A stretch of 64,000 bases of DNA from the NCBI GenBank assembly GCA_051362555.1, contig CM120649.1:1488001-1552000 (forward strand), written 5' to 3'. The stretch is from Lingula anatina (lineage: Eukaryota > Animalia > Brachiopoda). Positions 1-14,701 of this stretch are shown here, in pieces. The notes beneath the pieces are model-generated. The model did not search any database. It was not told where the DNA came from and worked only from the letters and a program-made list of their open reading frames with translations. Made by a program: the position numbers and the translations under genes. How positions within the stretch are numbered: position 1 is the first letter of the stretch; each line of letters opens with the position of its first letter.

Positions 1-1807
1 ACTTAGTCTGTTGGTGTCAAGCTATAAGTTTAAGTTGTCTGTTATTTTAATTTACATAATTTCTATAATAGTAAGAAAATATTTGTTACTGTACCAGTTT
101 TTGCACACTGAAAAATTGGAGAGAAGCGGGGCACAGAAGAAAAATATTAATGTTTTAGTGCATAAAGGACAGATAGGAATATTGAAAGGCAATGTAAAAT
201 GAATAATCCATATCCAGCTTGTGTATAATGAATGTTTTTATCCTAATAGCTTTGAAAACTATATCAGTGTGTTTGTCTCATTTGCCTTCCAATGTAAATA
301 TCAAGGCTTATTTTTAAAATAATTTTTATGAAAAAAGGGAGCAGAAATCTAACACTTTTCTATTTTGTATGTGTAACTTTTAATCATTGGGACACTTGAA
401 GTTTGGCCCTGCCTTCACGATTATTATAGGCTGCCATTTTAGCCACAAAAATCTCAAAAATTTTAGAAAAGCATGGTTTGCGACATAAACAAACTGAAGT
501 GTGGGAAAAATATAGAAACTTCTTGTAAATTAAAACTAACTGATGCCTTGTAGGCTGAATGCAGGGAAAGGAGGTAGATAATTAAATTTAATAAGAAAAA
601 ATTGGAATCGAGTGTTTTGCGTGTCTTAAATAGGAATGCAGTCTGTCCCAGCCATACAATGTGGGGTGCGTGACAGCTGTGAAAAAAGTACAAAGTTTGT
701 TTATTTTTTAGCTTTTCTTGTAAAGAGGGTAAAAAGGAATGTGTTAAGGTAAGAATAAGTGCTATTCTTAGTTCATAAAGTACATTATATCTTCAACAGA
801 TCGTATATAAAATAGTCATAAATTGGTCCATCTTCAGAATTTCCATGCATCCTACCTACAGAAGTCCCCATTCCACCCTCGATCTGTTAGATCTTTAAGT
901 AGTCCAATCCAGACTTCACATAGTTTATTATTATTACCTCCACCAAAAAACGTATGTTTTTGCCAGTATTGATTTGTCTGTCTCTTTCAATAATTGTAGT
1001 AACAATATGGAAGGAAGGATTTTGATTGATTTCTTAGGAAAGGCCAGAATTAAAAAGAAAGAAATGTTCATTATTGTATCATAATTAATCTCCTGCTCAA
1101 GTTATGGAGTTATTGCCTTAAAACAATACAGATTTTTGTGGAATGAAATATTTGTTTCTCATTATAATATTAATTATATGTATGTTTGTTTTATACCCTT
1201 CAAACCAGTCAAGTTGCATGCATATATATTTTCTTGCATTAATTATCTTTATATTTTGTTGAAATGAAAGTGAATAAAATGGAAATATATTTAAACTGAT
1301 AAAATATAAAACTTAAAATGATAACAAATACAATTAGTTATAAGTATCAGTTCATCCAGAATATTACTTTAATTTTCTGGTAACTACTCATACTTACAAT
1401 TAGAAAAGTTTTATAGTTTTTATTGGAATATTTTTTCTCCACAACATTGCAAATTCTTAATATTTTTTCTAGCCGTTTGAAAACAACATGTATCAGAATT
1501 TTTTAAAAATCATTTACAGAGGTATTGTGGCTAATGTTGTGTTGATAGCTGCTTTCTTGTCTACATGTAGTTGATTTTTTGAGTTGATGCTCCTGTTTGA
1601 TGTAACAATACTTGATATAATCATTGGTCTGAAAAAAAATTGCAATGCCTTTCTTAATTGTTTAAAAATTGTTTTACATCTTGTACATAAAAAATTATCT
1701 AATGTAAGTATAGCTGTACTTTGTTAAATTAGACCTAATGGATAAATAAATTCATTGCTACAGATATGTGTAACTTGTTTTTATTGGTCTAACATCGGTT
1801 TATTTTT

Positions 1808-1844
<37 letters not shown>

Positions 1845-2045
1845 CAACAAATTCTACAGTATTGCTAAATTAAACTAAATGGTTATGTCTTACATATACC
1901 ATTTTAAATAAACGATTAAACATGACCAGACGTCAATACGTTAATATGAAAACATTAAGGGAAAAAAGATTGCCTGAATGTCCATTTGTCAGATTCGGCG
2001 CAATCAGGGATCCCCGTGTTGTGAAATTGGCGCAACTATCGCAAT

Positions 2046-2082
2046 GTCGCTTAGCAACAGCGTTCTGCATGGCCGCCATGTT
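2046..2082 (+). promoter_or_regulatory. ANKMY1 promoter region: RFX X-box plus YY1-like motif
   Basis: GTCGCTTAGCAAC (2046-2058) fits the X-box consensus GTNRCC-N0-3-RGYAAC with one mismatch; GCCGCCATGTT at 2072-2082. Locally CpG-enriched; consistent with a cilia-related gene. Confidence 0.6.
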
Positions 2083-2183
2083 CTTTTACTACTGGAAAGC
2101 AGAAGCATGAGAGAAGCTTGTAAACAGATTGCATTAATGATTTTAAAGGAACTTTGAATCAATATCATGAACAGGAAGGCGAG
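2060..2183 (+). other. Probable 5' non-coding first exon of ANKMY1 (start approximate), with a short uORF
   Basis: Donor GAG|gtaaga at 2183/2184. Splicing to acceptor tttcag|C at 2758 gives ATG(2167)-NRKAS-TAG upstream of the main ATG at 2785. Confidence 0.5.
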
Positions 2184-2784
2184 GTAAGAATGTGAGGTTG
2201 ATACAGATGTAAACTGAGTCTCTTGTTAGACAAAACTTTGGCTGTTATCCAGTGATTCTTCAATCACACGACGTTTGCTCGCCCGTTTGCTCAAGCACCT
2301 GTCCTTCGGTCTCCTGCATTTATTTAGTGACAGGGAATCAAAAATGTTTTGGAATTAAACAAGGCTGTATTTATATCGATATTATTTCCTCTATGAGGTA
2401 CTGATTTACTAAAATTGATTATCATATTGATTAAAACCTTCAGAATTTACATGCATTGTTTGTGATAGAACGGGGATTTCAATATTGGATCTGATATATT
2501 TCATATTTCAAAATCAAAATTAAATTGAAAAAAAAAATCCATGTGTTACTACAAAATGAATTTATTCCTGAAATCATGAGTATTGATAAATTACATCTTC
2601 AAAGTATTGTAAAAAATAATTTATGTACCAGTATTACATGTAGGGTTTGAAAAACAATCTAATGCCTGAAATTTAAAACAAGGGAGGTTTTCTAGTCTGA
2701 GAAGAGGAGTTATAGGCAGCCCGTACAAAATATAGTAATGTTAAATCCTCATTTCAGCTAGTATAGAGACATTTAGCACCAGTC

Positions 2785-5700
2785 ATGTCCAGCTACGCCC
2801 TTCCGCGGCTCATCTCTGCGGCCAGGGAGAACACGTCATCCAGTATAGGCTACAAGAGTGGAGCATCGTACAGTGGAGATGTAGAAAATAATAAGAAGGT
2901 CGGGCGAGGTCTGTTTGTGTGGCCAAGTGGGGCACGCTACGAGGGGGATTTCTCTGATGGTCTGAGGACTGGGTCAGGTAGGTCACCAGTGTGCACATAT
3001 TGTATTGGGGGGGGGGGGGGGGGGAGATCCAGTGATATTTTCTGACAGTCTTCCCAGTTGTTTTTTTATCCATCCTCAATTTTCTACTGTCTTGTACGTG
3101 ACAGAAAAATTAAATACCCGTCAATGTAAACTTGAAAAATTCTGACCATCTCCCAGAAGACCCAAATGATGATCTGAATCCACGCTTGTTTATGCCATCA
3201 GAATTTATCTTGAAACAATTAAGTTAAATGTGCCTTAAAATATTTATAACATATTTGTATTGAGTCATAATATTTCTAGCAGCCAAATTAAATACATAAA
3301 TTAAATTTGAAAATAAAAACAAAGTGATAGTAAATAGAAATTTTAAAGAGATATTTATATTATAGTCCCATTAAAATTTCAAAAGTTGAAGGTGCTGTAT
3401 GTAATTGATATTCATACTTGTTATATTACAATAAAAGATATTGAATTTTGAATTTGGTATAAGAAAGGTGTTCGAATAAAATGGGTGAAATGTTTGATCT
3501 GAGAGGGATTTTGATCTGAGAGGGATGTTGTTGATGATCAATTTGAAATTTGCTTCTTTTTAGGTGTTCAGCAGTGGCCTGATGGTAGCTGTTACAGTGG
3601 AGATTTCCAAAAAGATCTCAGACATGGAGAGGGGGACCATACATGGAGCAACGGAGAGGTAAAATTGACTTGGTGAAGCTAACAAGACTAAAGGAAAATA
3701 TTTGTATGATTTATGAAAAAAAAAAAAATCACCAAATGAGCGGGTATCTTACATTCAGGGTAAAACACAATTCAATGATGGATGGAATTTGTGTGTCTTT
3801 TAAATATGAAGGTGTATACCCAAAATATAAATATTTATTGAAGTAATAGGAGGTGGGCAGCAGGCAGATATTTTTGATCTGTGAGTTTTTTCCGTAATAT
3901 ATTTTCATAGATAATATGACTTTTGCTCATATTAAACTTTAAATGAAATAATTCTGTTGTTGTTTCCAGCACTACAAGGGTCAGTTTTTCTTTGACCATC
4001 GCCATGGGAAGGGGACATACACCTGGCCTGATGGGTCATCTTACACAGGCACCTTCTATCTCGACCAGAAGGAAGGCTATGGGAAGTTCTCTTTCGCCAA
4101 TGGAGAGGTGTTTGAGGTACATTCTGAAATTTCATTATAATTTTGGGTTTTGAAAACATTTTCATTCAAACAATATTTTGATAAGAATATTTTTCACTTT
4201 ATGGCTTGCGTTTAAGCTACTTTTCTATGAGTTATTCACTGTTTTAGTTTTTGCTAATATTCTAAAAAAAAAAAAAAGAACTGAAATAATTATGTACAAC
4301 TTTTTAATTATTATTAATGTTGTTGTTGTTGTTATTGTCATTGTTATGGTTGTTCTTTGTAACAGCTGTTGTTGTTGTTGTTGTTATTTATTTATTTATT
4401 TATATTTATTTATTTTACTTTGTACCATCACAGGGTCTGTACCACAGAGACGAGCGGTCTGGTCCTGGCGTGCTGACCTACCCAGATGGACGCCAGGACG
4501 TCGGCCTGTGGTCAGGAGAACAGATCTGTAAACTCTGCTCAGACCTTCCTGGGGCCTTCACCATGACTGACCATCAGGAGTTTGACTACGACCCTACAGA
4601 GCATGAGCTGGACATTGTAGTGGACGGGAGAGAGTACTCCACTGACCGTTCTGTGGTCACTCCTGTGCTCTGTCCACCACAGCAGTTTGATTACAATGGG
4701 CCCAATACAAAGGTAAGTTAATGCAAAAATTTATTAAGAAGTGTGTAGAAGAGTTGTATATTGGTGGACATAGATCGTTTGAATATATCAGTGCTATTAT
4801 GTCAAATTTAAATTAATCATAGAATGGCAATGAAGAAAAAAATATTGATGTTCATTTGACAAAATTTATAATTCAATAAATGGTATTCGTAAAATCAATG
4901 AATAGTATGTAAATCTTGTGATTCAGTATTTTTTAAGATCCAAATGATATTGTACATATTTGGGAGCCGTAATGACCCAGGTTTTTATTATATATAGCTT
5001 GGTCAACACATAATTTTAAGCATCACTGTTGACTCAATAACTCAGAATTAAGTTTGCATATATCTTTAATTTATTCGACTAGGTTCCAGAGAAAACCCAG
5101 CGCCTGTACAGTGCCGCCATTGACCACCGCAGCCTTGGAGCAGAGAGGGACATCTACGAGAAAGCATTTTTCGGAAACGAAAACAAGGACACTGATAAGG
5201 ACACAAAAGAGACAATAAAAGCCTGGAACAACACACCCACCTGGATAACCATGCAAAAACACGTGCACAGGCATAGGCATGCGCAGAGCACGGTGTCATT
5301 TGATGTGGAGAAAGTACTCAAGGGAGAAAGGACGGGTTTTGGGGCAAAGGGCCCCCTGGAGGAGTTGTCGGAGAGATTGATATTGTCAGCCGTGGACGGT
5401 GACATTGATACTGTTATGAAGCTGTTGGTGACAGGGAAAGTCTTTGTGGATGTTGCTGATAAAAATGGACAGACTGCTCTCATAGGTGCTGCTGTGAGTA
5501 GTTTAATTCTTATAGTTTTTTGGAATGATAATACGTAATTCCATATGATTATTTTTAATAAGATTATTTCAAGATGGACAAAAAGATTTTATGTGGCTGC
5601 TGGTAGTTAAATCCTTGCTGTTTAAAAAAGGGGGTTTCAGTAGTATGACATCCTGAGATCTATGAAAAAGACATTCGTTGTCAGCTGGTATGTTATTTTT

Positions 5701-6927
5701 ATAAAACTTCTCTTTACAAACACCTTACACATTGTTATGCCTAATGTATCATAATAGGAATTAATTCAGGTATAATTGTTTTATAATCACAGGTCAACTG
5801 GCACCAAGACATCATCAACCACCTGCTCAACAATGGAGCCGATGTCAACAGACTGAACGACGAAGGCACCTCAGCGCTCGCAGCTTGCCACGTATTCTTC
5901 TACCCCATCGAGTCCTTCAAATACAACATAGCAGAGAGGTATATGGAGAAACCCCCTGAAGTCGAGGGTACGGACTTGGAACTCAAAGGAATTTTAACCA
6001 ATAAAAATGCAGAAAAAACACCAGCAGGAGTGGCAGCACCTGGAGGAAGGGAATTGAGCACCGACAGTGGCTTGCCACAGAGCGAGCTCCGTAAGGGTGA
6101 CCTGGATGTGAAGGTTTCCATTATGGAAGATGGAGCATCCAGTGTGGGTGGTAGATCCGTTTCCTTGAAGGGATCGCAAAAAGATAATTTACAGCCTCAA
6201 GATTCAGTCTCACAGTCGGGAGCATCGGGGGTCACTGATTGGCTGGAAGAGGAAGAAAAACTGAAAATCGCCAAAGAGAAAGGACAAAATTCATACAACG
6301 GAGAGGAAGAAGTTCGTTCAGGTGATTCTGAAAAAGAGAGCAAAGAACAGGACTTGGAATCTCTCCTGGAAGACGCAGAGAAGCTGCAAACCAGTCAAGA
6401 AAAAGAACAACCTGATAGCGACTTTGCCTCTGACACCACCATGAGAAATTATGGTATAGAGGTCAGTGATCAGCTTATAGAAAAGTGCGCCTCTCAGTTG
6501 AGCATCAATGAGAAAATTGTAAGCAGGAAGTCATCCCCTAGAAGCGAACAATCCACAGACTTGGCCAGACTGTTGGCTATTAAAAAGGCAGAACATGTCA
6601 AAATGGAATCCACTATTCGGCTGCTGCTAAAACGCGGTGCCAATCCCAATGCGTCTTGTGTGCCTATGCCGGTGTTGTTTTTTGCTATAAAAGCGGCAGA
6701 TGTGGAGGCAGTCAAGTTATTGTTACTGAAGGGAGCCAGCACCAGTGCCAAGCTCTCAGAACAGGTGAGACAATGAGTTTTGTTTCATTTTGCTTAGAAA
6801 TATCAGAAATATAAAGAAAGAACATTTGTTTTGATGGAAAAAAATTGAGAGAAATTGAAAAAATACCAGTAGTTAAGATCTAAAACTCAGAATTATGAAT
6901 ATGGTTCAAGATAGACTGCTGTTGTTG

Positions 6928-6982
<55 letters not shown>

Positions 6983-8868
6983 GTTGAAGTCACACATCAT
7001 CTTATGTGATGGTACATACATTTTTTCTGGTATTGAGCTATATGGTGTCATCAAGACTCCCTAAATCTCAAGTTTTAGAATGTAGAATTTTCACAGTGTA
7101 TTATTATTATTATTATTATTATCATTATTATTATTATTATTATTTCATTTGCTCAGAAAGGAGGACTAGCACCACTCCACATAGCCTGTGCTATCCCTGG
7201 AGAGGAAGGAGTTCAGATCTCACAGCTCTTGCTGGATGCGCTGGCGGACCCTGATGTCAGAGCCACCGAGGATGACTCCTTCCTGAATAAAGCTTTGGTA
7301 AGGAAGACACTCTTTTCTTTATGTTGAGTGTGACAATTGTCTCATACAAGTGCAAATATTTCACTGTTGTGGGTTTCTCTTAGTACATGTACGATGAAAT
7401 GGGTGTCAGTTAGCTTGACCCTAGGATTTAAACGCCATTCCTCAAAGTAGAAAAAATATTTGATCTCTTTATGATTGATATACTTTTTTTAATTGAGTAA
7501 TACAATGCATCTAACAAATTATTATTATTATTTAAACTGTGTGTTCTAGGAGGAGGAGTGGATAAAGGATGTGATCAGTGATGAAAGTAAAGAGTTGCTG
7601 GGGGGTAGAACTCCACTTCATATTGCATGTGCCAGGGATGACAGTTATAAGGTATGTATACATATACTCAGTATATAATTGGTATAATAAAACAAATAGA
7701 GCTCAGTTTCTTGTAAACAGTGATCAGTGTTGCACAGTGAGAGGAAATAAAACTCTATACACCATAATCAAATTTTCATCTAAAATCTTTGATCAAAAAT
7801 TATAGTTTAAAAAAAGTAAAAAAAAAAAGAATTAATTTGCAATTGAAACTTTGGACTAGCTGTGGGATTTAATTTTGTATTCATTTTCAGATTGAATAAT
7901 TACATTAATCTTTTTTGAAACAGTATATTATTTTAATTTATTGACTTTACACTTCTTGTAACCTATGCTCCTACAATTTTTTACTAGTAAAGGAATGGCT
8001 AAGAGCATATGCTAGCTATAGATACAGGTTGGTTATGTACTCACACTGCTGCGAAACACTGATAAACTTCTACATATACCGATATAATAAATAAGCATGT
8101 CTCACCCACCCTGTGATTGTTTTTCCACATCTTCAACTCGTATCACTCTACATTATAATTTCCTTCACTTCAGTTTGCATGTCAAGTTGTTCACTTGTTG
8201 TTGGATCACCACGCCAATCCCAATCTCTTGTGTAACGGACACTCTCCTCTCTCCCTCGCCATCGCCAGTGGGAATGACCTGGTAAGTGCTGTCACCTATC
8301 TTTTTTATTCACTGAGAGCTTTTTACAAATGTATTATTACAGTGGATTTAAGTTTTGAAGAAAAAAGCATGCATTTACTTTATGAAAACTGTAAGTTGAA
8401 TTGGATGTTGCAGATTTGATGGCATTTTATATTTTCATATTTGATATGAAATGTCAATATTACCCTTTTCTGCGTAATGTTTAAGAGTAATTTTGTGATA
8501 TGTGATAATTTTATCATATGGTATCACACTATCCTGTGATGTCACAATATTATCAAGATCATGTGATGTCACAATCTCGCTATTTGATTCATGATTATTT
8601 TTTTTTGTTGGTCAATAAGTTGAATAGTAACTGTATCTTTTAATTTGATTATAAATGTAAAATTCACTAAATATTTTGCATGTTTCAAAATAATAACAAT
8701 AATAATAATAATTATATTGTTCTAGGCAATAGATGAGCTCCTATGTTATGGCGCCAATCCATCACTTTCCCTGACTCACGGCATTGGCAGTGCTTTGTGT
8801 GTGTCCACTTCTACTGAGTTTGAACACAGGAGATCCCCAACAGGACGTATACAGCTGGTAAGGCTGTG

Positions 8869-8926
<58 letters not shown>

Positions 8927-10756
8927 CTTTTCTTATTTGTGAATTTTGCAAGTCACTCTTCCATTTATTAGCTTTACACAGTGGCACGTGCTTGTGTGCA
9001 TATGGAAGTTGCAATTACACATATTAAAAATATCAAATTTGTAAAACGCAATCCTTATCCTAAATGTACTTAGTTAATAGAAATATTTTTAAAGATTCAC
9101 ATGTAGAAAACGATTACTATGAAACAACAAGGGAAACATTATTTGTCAGACTGTGAAATAGATAAAAAAATTAAGGTCTCATTCTTTTTTTTCTAGATTG
9201 ACAAGTTAATCCGTGCTGGTGCAGACATCCTGGCTCCCATACCTATAGGAATTAAGAGGATCTCTGGGACTGCTGTAGACTTTGCATATCATATGTTTAA
9301 TCTGGTGAGTGGAATATCTTTTTATTGTAATTTTTGTTGTCTACAAGTTTCTATTTTTCGTTTCTACTAGGGTTTAATTTAATGATTTTTTTCCCCTAAG
9401 AAATTGAGTTAGACCAACACAAACCCTTGCAGCATAACTTGAATTTTCCATTCATTTTGTTGCAACCACTGTATACTGTATGTTATTGCAATTCCATCCC
9501 TTCTCCTTTCAGGATCGTAGGATAGCCCACATGCCTTATCATGCACTGACGCATGCTGAGCGTGACACATACAATGCACGGCGTAAGCTGCTGGGGCATG
9601 TGGGTGACATCATGCGTGTGAAGGCTGTAGAGAAAGAGGCTCAGCGCCTAGAGGAGGAGGAGAGAGAGGGGAGGAGAAGTAGGTCATGATGTGTAATTGA
9701 CATGAAGTGTAAAATGAAAGTGAAAGTAGATGATGTAGACTAATTAGTGTAAGTTGATTAGCTCAGACAACCTTGGCTGCTACAATTATTCTGATTGATG
9801 ATAAAACTATAACTACATTGGTGGCATGTTGCCTAGTCATAAAACATTTAACTCTTGTCAAACTTGTTCATTTTCCTATGTGTTAAGATGGTGAAAAATT
9901 AAAACATTTCTGAAAAGATGGTGAAATAATGTTTTTGCACCTTCTGCAAAAAGTTTATTGTTATGTAAGCAGGGACTGTTGGAGAGGGACCAAAGTGTTG
10001 TGCCTCACAGTCACAGGTAAAAGCATGTCAAGTCTTCTCAGAAACGATTAATTGTATTTTTACTGCAATCTTCTGAATTAACAGTATTTAACCCTGTGCC
10101 TTTTCATCTCTGTTAAGGTGTAAGTCCAAGTTCAGGTTTTGTCTACACGGGGACAGGGTCAAAACTGCCACCAGGCACCAAGGCCAAGGGAGGCCGTGCT
10201 GTCCCAGATGACGGACATGTCAAGTTCAATGCAGCGGACACTGGGCGGAAGGGGGACAGGGACCAGGGACACGTCAGGTGAGAAGTGACCTCTTACCTGG
10301 TGACTTTGTTTATTGTATTGTGCGGATTAAATGGTTGAATGATTATGTACTAGTTGTTTTGTTGATAGAGTGGTGAGATTATTGATTGGACTTGATTGAC
10401 TGCTTGAGTGACTGAATTATTGTTGGACCAAATAGTTTTATTGATTTCAATATTTGAATTCCATCTTATACAAGACTTGATTTCAGCCACAATTTAGTTT
10501 GGGTGTCATTAAATTTTAATATGTTTATAAAATATTATAAGAGTTGATGTAGGATTGTGTGATAGTCTCTTTGCAGTGAACATGACAGCATGTATATAAA
10601 GAAATAACTGTGTTTTTTATGTTTGATTCTTATCTAGTTAATAACTGTTAATTTTTATTTAATTTTTTATCTAATATTATGTTGGCTCTTACAAGGGTGG
10701 ATGAGACCGTGTGTGCATGTACGCATGCATTCGTGTTTGTTTAGGTGTGTGTGTCA

Positions 10757-10812
<56 letters not shown>

Positions 10813-13800
10813 AGAGACAGAGAGAGAACTAAAAGGAACCAGCCTTATACTCCCAATAGTGCCTTGGGAAATGTATGCTGCTTAACAATCTCTCAAATGT
10901 TTCTGCCTTATTTTGCTATAGAAGGGGAGTATGCTTCAACCTTTCCTCTGTTATCTTTCAATTCTCAGTGTAGCTACAGGGGTTATGGCTCTTGAGGAGA
11001 GTGAAGCACGGCATCTTCTGTCCCCAGCCAAACGCAAAGCACAGCAGACTAAAGTCAGGTTCGGGTCTTTTCAGTCTTGTCATGCTGCCAGGCTATTGCC
11101 ATCACTATTGCTGGGCCGCCTCATATCACTGCAACATTGTATCACTGCTGTGAATGTTTTTGATGAAAGGCAATGCATGATTGTATCACTGCTGTATATG
11201 CTGTATATTTTTGTTGTTGAATCACTGTTGCAGTTGTGAATGTTTTTGTTGAGCCACCAATACGTTCATGATTGCTTTACTGCTGTGTCCATGTATACTG
11301 ATATTGCTATTGCAACATTGTATCACCGTGAGTTGTGATTGTTCTTGAAGATTGGCCAACACATGTTGTTGCTATTGTCACTGCAACAATGCTGCTGTCA
11401 TTGTTCATGATGAACAACAATGCTGTATCACTGTAATCAGCTGACTGTTGATTCTGCCATATGTTATAATTAAATATTTGCTTAACATGCCCATCCTGGG
11501 TTTCACAGTTTACTGGAAACTGATCTCTTCTTTCAAGAATCTCTTGCTGTTCCAGTTAAGTCATAAACCCAGGGTGTTCAGAGCATCCCAGCAGTGCAGT
11601 TTGAATAATATCACACTTTACTTTTAAATTATTTTCTGGTGGGCCACATTTGGTCCAAAGGAACAAATTTATTATTTAGGCAGATCATTTATAATATTAT
11701 ATATTATATATAATAATATGTTCCTCTTATTTTGTATTGCTGTACTTCACTTTAAGTGAGAAGTGGGCAGTTTAAAGTGAAATCTGATTTTATTCATACT
11801 GCTGCAACATTGTATATAAAACTTGTATATATTGTATACAATTGTATAAATTATCTATGCATTTGCATATGTTTTATATACTTTTGTATACATTGTATAA
11901 ATAGTGATGAATGATGATTGTGATGCACCATGTGTATAACATACTTGATTAATTACCAGTCTGAATCCAATAATCCTAGCTTTTGTCTGCCATGAACTAA
12001 TGCTTTTATTATTAATGATTTATTTTCTGAAGGAACAAGAAGAATTCACTTATAAAGGGCATGCGTGTCAGGTGATTCTTGCTTTATTGTAATAATTGCA
12101 CGCATAGCACTGCTAGCACGCTCTGTGAATTATCTGTAATAAGATGTATACAGACATTTTACAGTAACCCATGACGAGATTCCAGCACAACTACTGCAAT
12201 ATGAGGCACTGTTACGGTGTTTACTCACAAAATTTACACAAAATTATCAATATCTCTAAAGATGATGGTTTGATGTTACTATGTGGGAAAAATGAATAAA
12301 AAGGAAATTGATGGGGATTCAGAAATTTCAGAAAGATGATGAAATATAACTCTTTCTATCTTTTTTTTTTTTTTCTAACTTGAATAATTAAAAAATTTGT
12401 GAGTAATACTTATAGTGTCATGCACATTAGTACAACATGTAGCACACTGTTGGTTGACAGCAAACACAGATTAGATAATAAGCTAGCACTTCGGTATTGA
12501 ATATATATACTAGACCTACTTGTATGCTAGATCCCAATGTATGGTGTTGTTTTTTAATTTGCGACATGCTGCAGGACATTGTAGATACCAGTACAATCAA
12601 TGTACACGGTGTAGTTTGCACAGAACCTTTGACAGTAGAAATATACATAGAGTCAAAACAACCTGTGTGTAATTTTAAATGCTTTTTTGGTATAATTCTG
12701 GGTAATTAAATAAGGATGGCTCAATATCACAAACCAGCCGTGACTGGAAAGCTTAACTACATGCAAAACGGTATGCATGTTTTATCGCCAGAGCACAAAA
12801 TAAGACCCATAAGGTATAAATATGGATTTTACTTACAGATGGTAGGAATTGGGTTTTAGAGCTAGAAAATTTTTCAAATTTTATTGGGGGGGGGGGGGGG
12901 TAATATACCTGTACTTCGCCTTCTCCCATGTACTAGCAAAATCCACCTTAGATTGCAGTGTTGTTTGTTGTAGCAAGGAGTGATCATGAGCACATATAGA
13001 ATAAGAACATAAAACCATTGACTATTATTATTACAGGTTAATAGAGCGCACTAGACTACCACTGGGTGTTACAGAGTTGTTTTTATATAATGATGTGATA
13101 CACGTAAACAAGAGATGGGTTCATTTAGCAACTTAAAAAAGTGTACAAGATATATATATTACATACATGTAGTGTTTGATTGTTGTAACATAACTGTAGT
13201 ACATAACCTCAGTCTGAAAGAAAAGTTTCTTCATTTTAAATATGCCCTTACTAGAACATATATTTTATGTTAATAATGTCAATTTATTTGTGATTCTTTT
13301 TTTCTCAATATTTAGGAAACCTTTACTGAAGTACTGCTACGAATGCGGTCGATCAGTAGGTGTGCGCCTGTCCGTGTGCACACGGTGTAAGGAGGTGTAC
13401 TACTGCAGCAAAGCGTGCAAGCTGAAGGCGTGGAATGCACGACACAAAGAGGAGTGTGTGCGTGTTGGAGGTGAGTAAACAGGAGGACATGCACAACCCA
13501 ACGACTGGCACGCCCCTCTTCTTATAATAGTTACATATAGCTTCCATGCATCCATCCATGTTATCATTGTACACAGATCACAGAATAAGCCAAGCTTTTG
13601 CCAATGTGGTCAGTGGTAATTCAATTTGGTTCCCTTGATTAACACATTTGCCCAGTAATACCCTTTGTGTACAATGTATCAGCTTATCGTAAAAATGACC
13701 ACAAAACTTGTACAAGATAGGTCAACAATAATTTGATGTTATGGTAGATTATAAAGGTTACGCATTACATGGAACCTCCTATATGTTTATGATCTATCAT

Positions 13801-14701
13801 TTTCTCCTCTATGTAACCTAGGTCCAGCTCATCTCATATATATATATATATGATCTATCACTCTCTCTCCATATAACCTAGGTCCAGCCACCAGTCCCAC
13901 CACCAAAGCAGGTCGTATCGACAGCCCCACCCCAGCCACAAACCCAGATAGAGGGGCCCCGGTCACCGTGGATCAACTAACCAGGGATAAAGATGCACAG
14001 AAGATTAAAGTAAGTGGGGAAATGCTTTGTATAGGAGTAGATTTTGATTTGAATTGTATTAATAAAATATAGTCATTGGATCCTACACTCAGTGAAATAT
14101 AGAGTTCAACAAATGTCATATAAGAATGATAAAAATAAAACAATATGTAATCATGGATATTCTGTTATGACAGCATGCTGCACATAAACTGGGAACTGCA
14201 TTGTTTAAGAATATTTTGCTTTGACTTGTCTGGTGTGCAACTGATGTACTAACCCCCAGCAATAGGAACAGTATACAGGAGCGGATGAGGCCCTGTTCTG
14301 GGTCTTCTGGAAGAGGGTCAGATTTTCAAGTTTACATTGACGGGTATCAAATTTTTTCTTTCGGAAGATGATCAAAAATAAAAGCTGGATCAACAAAGAT
14401 AATTTGGAAGACTGTCAGAAAATATCTGTGGATCCGCCCCTGGTATACCGGTATAGTGTAAAAACATAATTTTAAGATATTATCATATTCAACTGCCTAA
14501 GGTTAAAGAGTCAAACTCTCCTCAGTAATATACCCCACTATCTGTCTCCAGGTCCCTGTGCAAGGTCGCAGCCACAGTGCCAAGGTCAGGCAACAGGTCC
14601 ATGCAGGAAAGGACGGGGAATCCACGGGGAACTGGTCCCTGGATGAACTTCAACGCCTCAAACAGAAGTATGGGAAAGTGGATAACTATAGCTTTGAGTG
14701 A
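2785..14701 (+). CDS. ANKMY1: Ankyrin repeat and MYND domain-containing protein 1, ~1178 aa. Coding exons: 2785-2977, 3564-3658, 3970-4116, 4434-4712, 5083-5493, 5793-6764, 7157-7297, 7550-7651, 8174-8281, 8726-8857, 9197-9304, 9513-9678, 10118-10277, 10969-11058, 13316-13470, 13882-14009, 14552-14701
   Basis: All exons are bounded by AG/GT with matching phases (3537 nt, open frame). Domains: N-terminal MORN repeats ([28 protein letters not shown]), ankyrin repeats ([37 protein letters not shown]) and a MYND finger ([41 protein letters not shown]). Ends DNYSFE*. Exon 10969-11058 is a symmetric 90-nt exon and may be optional. Confidence 0.92.
3018..3188 (+). mobile_element. MITE (CAGGGGCGGATCC-type ends), copy A, in an ANKMY1 intron
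   Basis: Shares gatattttctgacagtcttcc and atacccgtcaatgtaaacttgaaaa..tctgacc..ccagaagaccca with the reverse complement of 14276-14442. Confidence 0.6.
6931..6981. repeat. (TTA)n microsatellite
   Basis: Direct reading; (AAT)n runs also at ~17439-17478 and ~40230-40272. Confidence 0.95.
8865..8923. repeat. (TG)n microsatellite next to an ANKMY1 donor site
   Basis: Direct reading; a similar run is at ~10758-10809. Confidence 0.95.
14276..14442 (-). mobile_element. MITE (same family), copy B, in the last ANKMY1 intron
   Basis: Imperfect terminal inverted repeats (TIRs) CAGGAGCGGATG / GGATCCGCCCCTG, flanked by gtata on both sides. Confidence 0.65.
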
